A stretch of 59,730 nt of DNA, the filler included, from Stramenopiles sp. TOSAG23-6 (taxonomy: Eukaryota): NCBI GenBank assembly GCA_900128565.1. It is 12 parts of 12 records of this genome, joined end to end, with 100 filler letters (N's around TTAATTAATTAA, not from the genome) between each part and the next. Parts side by side here need not be neighbours in the genome. Positions count along the whole stretch, not along the records: positions 54,864 to 59,730 come from LT637030.1; 11 more parts are not named here. One strand, 5' to 3'. The first letter of the stretch is position 1, and each line of letters opens with the position of its first letter. Shown here piece after piece: positions 59,075 through 59,730 of this stretch. The notes under the pieces were generated by a model, which was not told the origin of the DNA, made no database searches, and was given only the letters and a program-made list of their open reading frames with translations. The position numbers and the translations under genes are program-made.

Positions 59075-59730
59075 TTAAACAGCGCCTAATTCACTCATTT
59101 CCGCCATAAAAGCAGAAAAATCTCCACTTACTTCTTTTTCAGTTCCGACTGTTGTTGAAGGCTTTGGAGGTGGCGGTGGAACAACCTTTCTTTTGATTTG
59201 TCTCTTTGGTTTTGTCTTTGGTCGCGGACGACGTCGAAGAGATTTTGGTTTCATAAGTAGAAGATCCGCTTGAATAGGCACTTTGACGGTTGTCATTTTT
59301 GATTTCGTGTTTTGTGTATAATGATGAAGTTGTTGTTGACTATTTGGATCATATTGATAATTGTGTTGTTGTTGATTGTAATTCTGTACATTTCCTTCAT
59401 TGCCAGTGAGACCAAAACGAGCATTATGCCGCAAAATCTCTCCAGGAGATTTTAGATTTTTGGTTGACTTCATTTTTTTGTCCTGTGGTAGATATCCTGC
59501 CTGCTGCTTTGACATTGACGTCATATTATTTGTTCTATTTATACTTTGTTTTATGCTATTAATTCTATCTTCTACTACAGGCTGAATGCCCATCTGATTA
59601 TTCAGATTTTTAGCAGGAGCGTTCATCATCATAGTAGAAGTACTCTTAATCTGATTCAAATTCATATGTGGTATGTATTGATTATTTGTTTGTGGTGGCA
59701 TTCCTGGTGGATATTGATTATTTGTTGGTG
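59075..59730 (-). CDS. WBP11-like C-terminus, copy 4
   Basis: Identical repeat. Confidence 0.4.
   Translation of the reverse strand, partial: PTNNQYPPGMPPQTNNQYIPHMNLNQIKSTSTMMMNAPAKNLNNQMGIQPVVEDRINSIKQSINRTNNMTSMSKQQAGYLPQDKKMKSTKNLKSPGEILRHNARFGLTGNEGNVQNYNQQQHNYQYDPNSQQQLHHYTQNTKSKMTTVKVPIQADLLLMKPKSLRRRPRPKTKPKRQIKRKVVPPPPPKPSTTVGTEKEVSGDFSAFMAEMSELGAV

Larger units (their letters stand above)
44930..59730. repeat. Three further copies of contig 1 (44930-49796, 49897-54763, 54864-59730)
   Basis: Same start and sequence as 1-4867, differing essentially in N masking, separated by linkers. Confidence 0.97.

Noticed and set aside
44930-59730. Apparent tandem amplification of the UTP20 / V-ATPase c locus
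   Set aside because: Copies have identical ends, sit between artificial linkers and differ only in N masking; this is redundancy in how the window was built.

Overview
Twelve ~4.9 kb AT-rich eukaryotic contigs joined by an artificial linker (44 N + TTAATTAATTAA + 44 N). The source is probably a protist; a stramenopile is an inference only. Contig 1 (UTP20, V-ATPase subunit c, WBP11-like) recurs three more times at 44930-59730, which is a construction artefact. The nine unique contigs carry about 25 genes or gene fragments in the standard code. The main signal is a family of 28 distinct related insertions (20 complete, 87-190 nt; 8 cut by contig ends). They sit inside coding sequences and are always in the sense orientation of the host. 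Consensus: GTAYG-T-rich ... TTTCGTACGAAA (palindrome) TTTTGTACCTAAC (branch-point-like) ... TATTTTTTCACA-RTAC-NN. Removing them restores host frames and conserved motifs, but most end in AT or TT rather than AG. That last dinucleotide usually copies the last two bases of the upstream exon (a 2-bp target-site duplication around a GTAY...RTAC inverted terminus). This looks like an introner-like family of non-canonical, apparently AG-independent introns, coexisting with one ordinary GT-AG intron. Splicing itself is inferred and needs transcript evidence.
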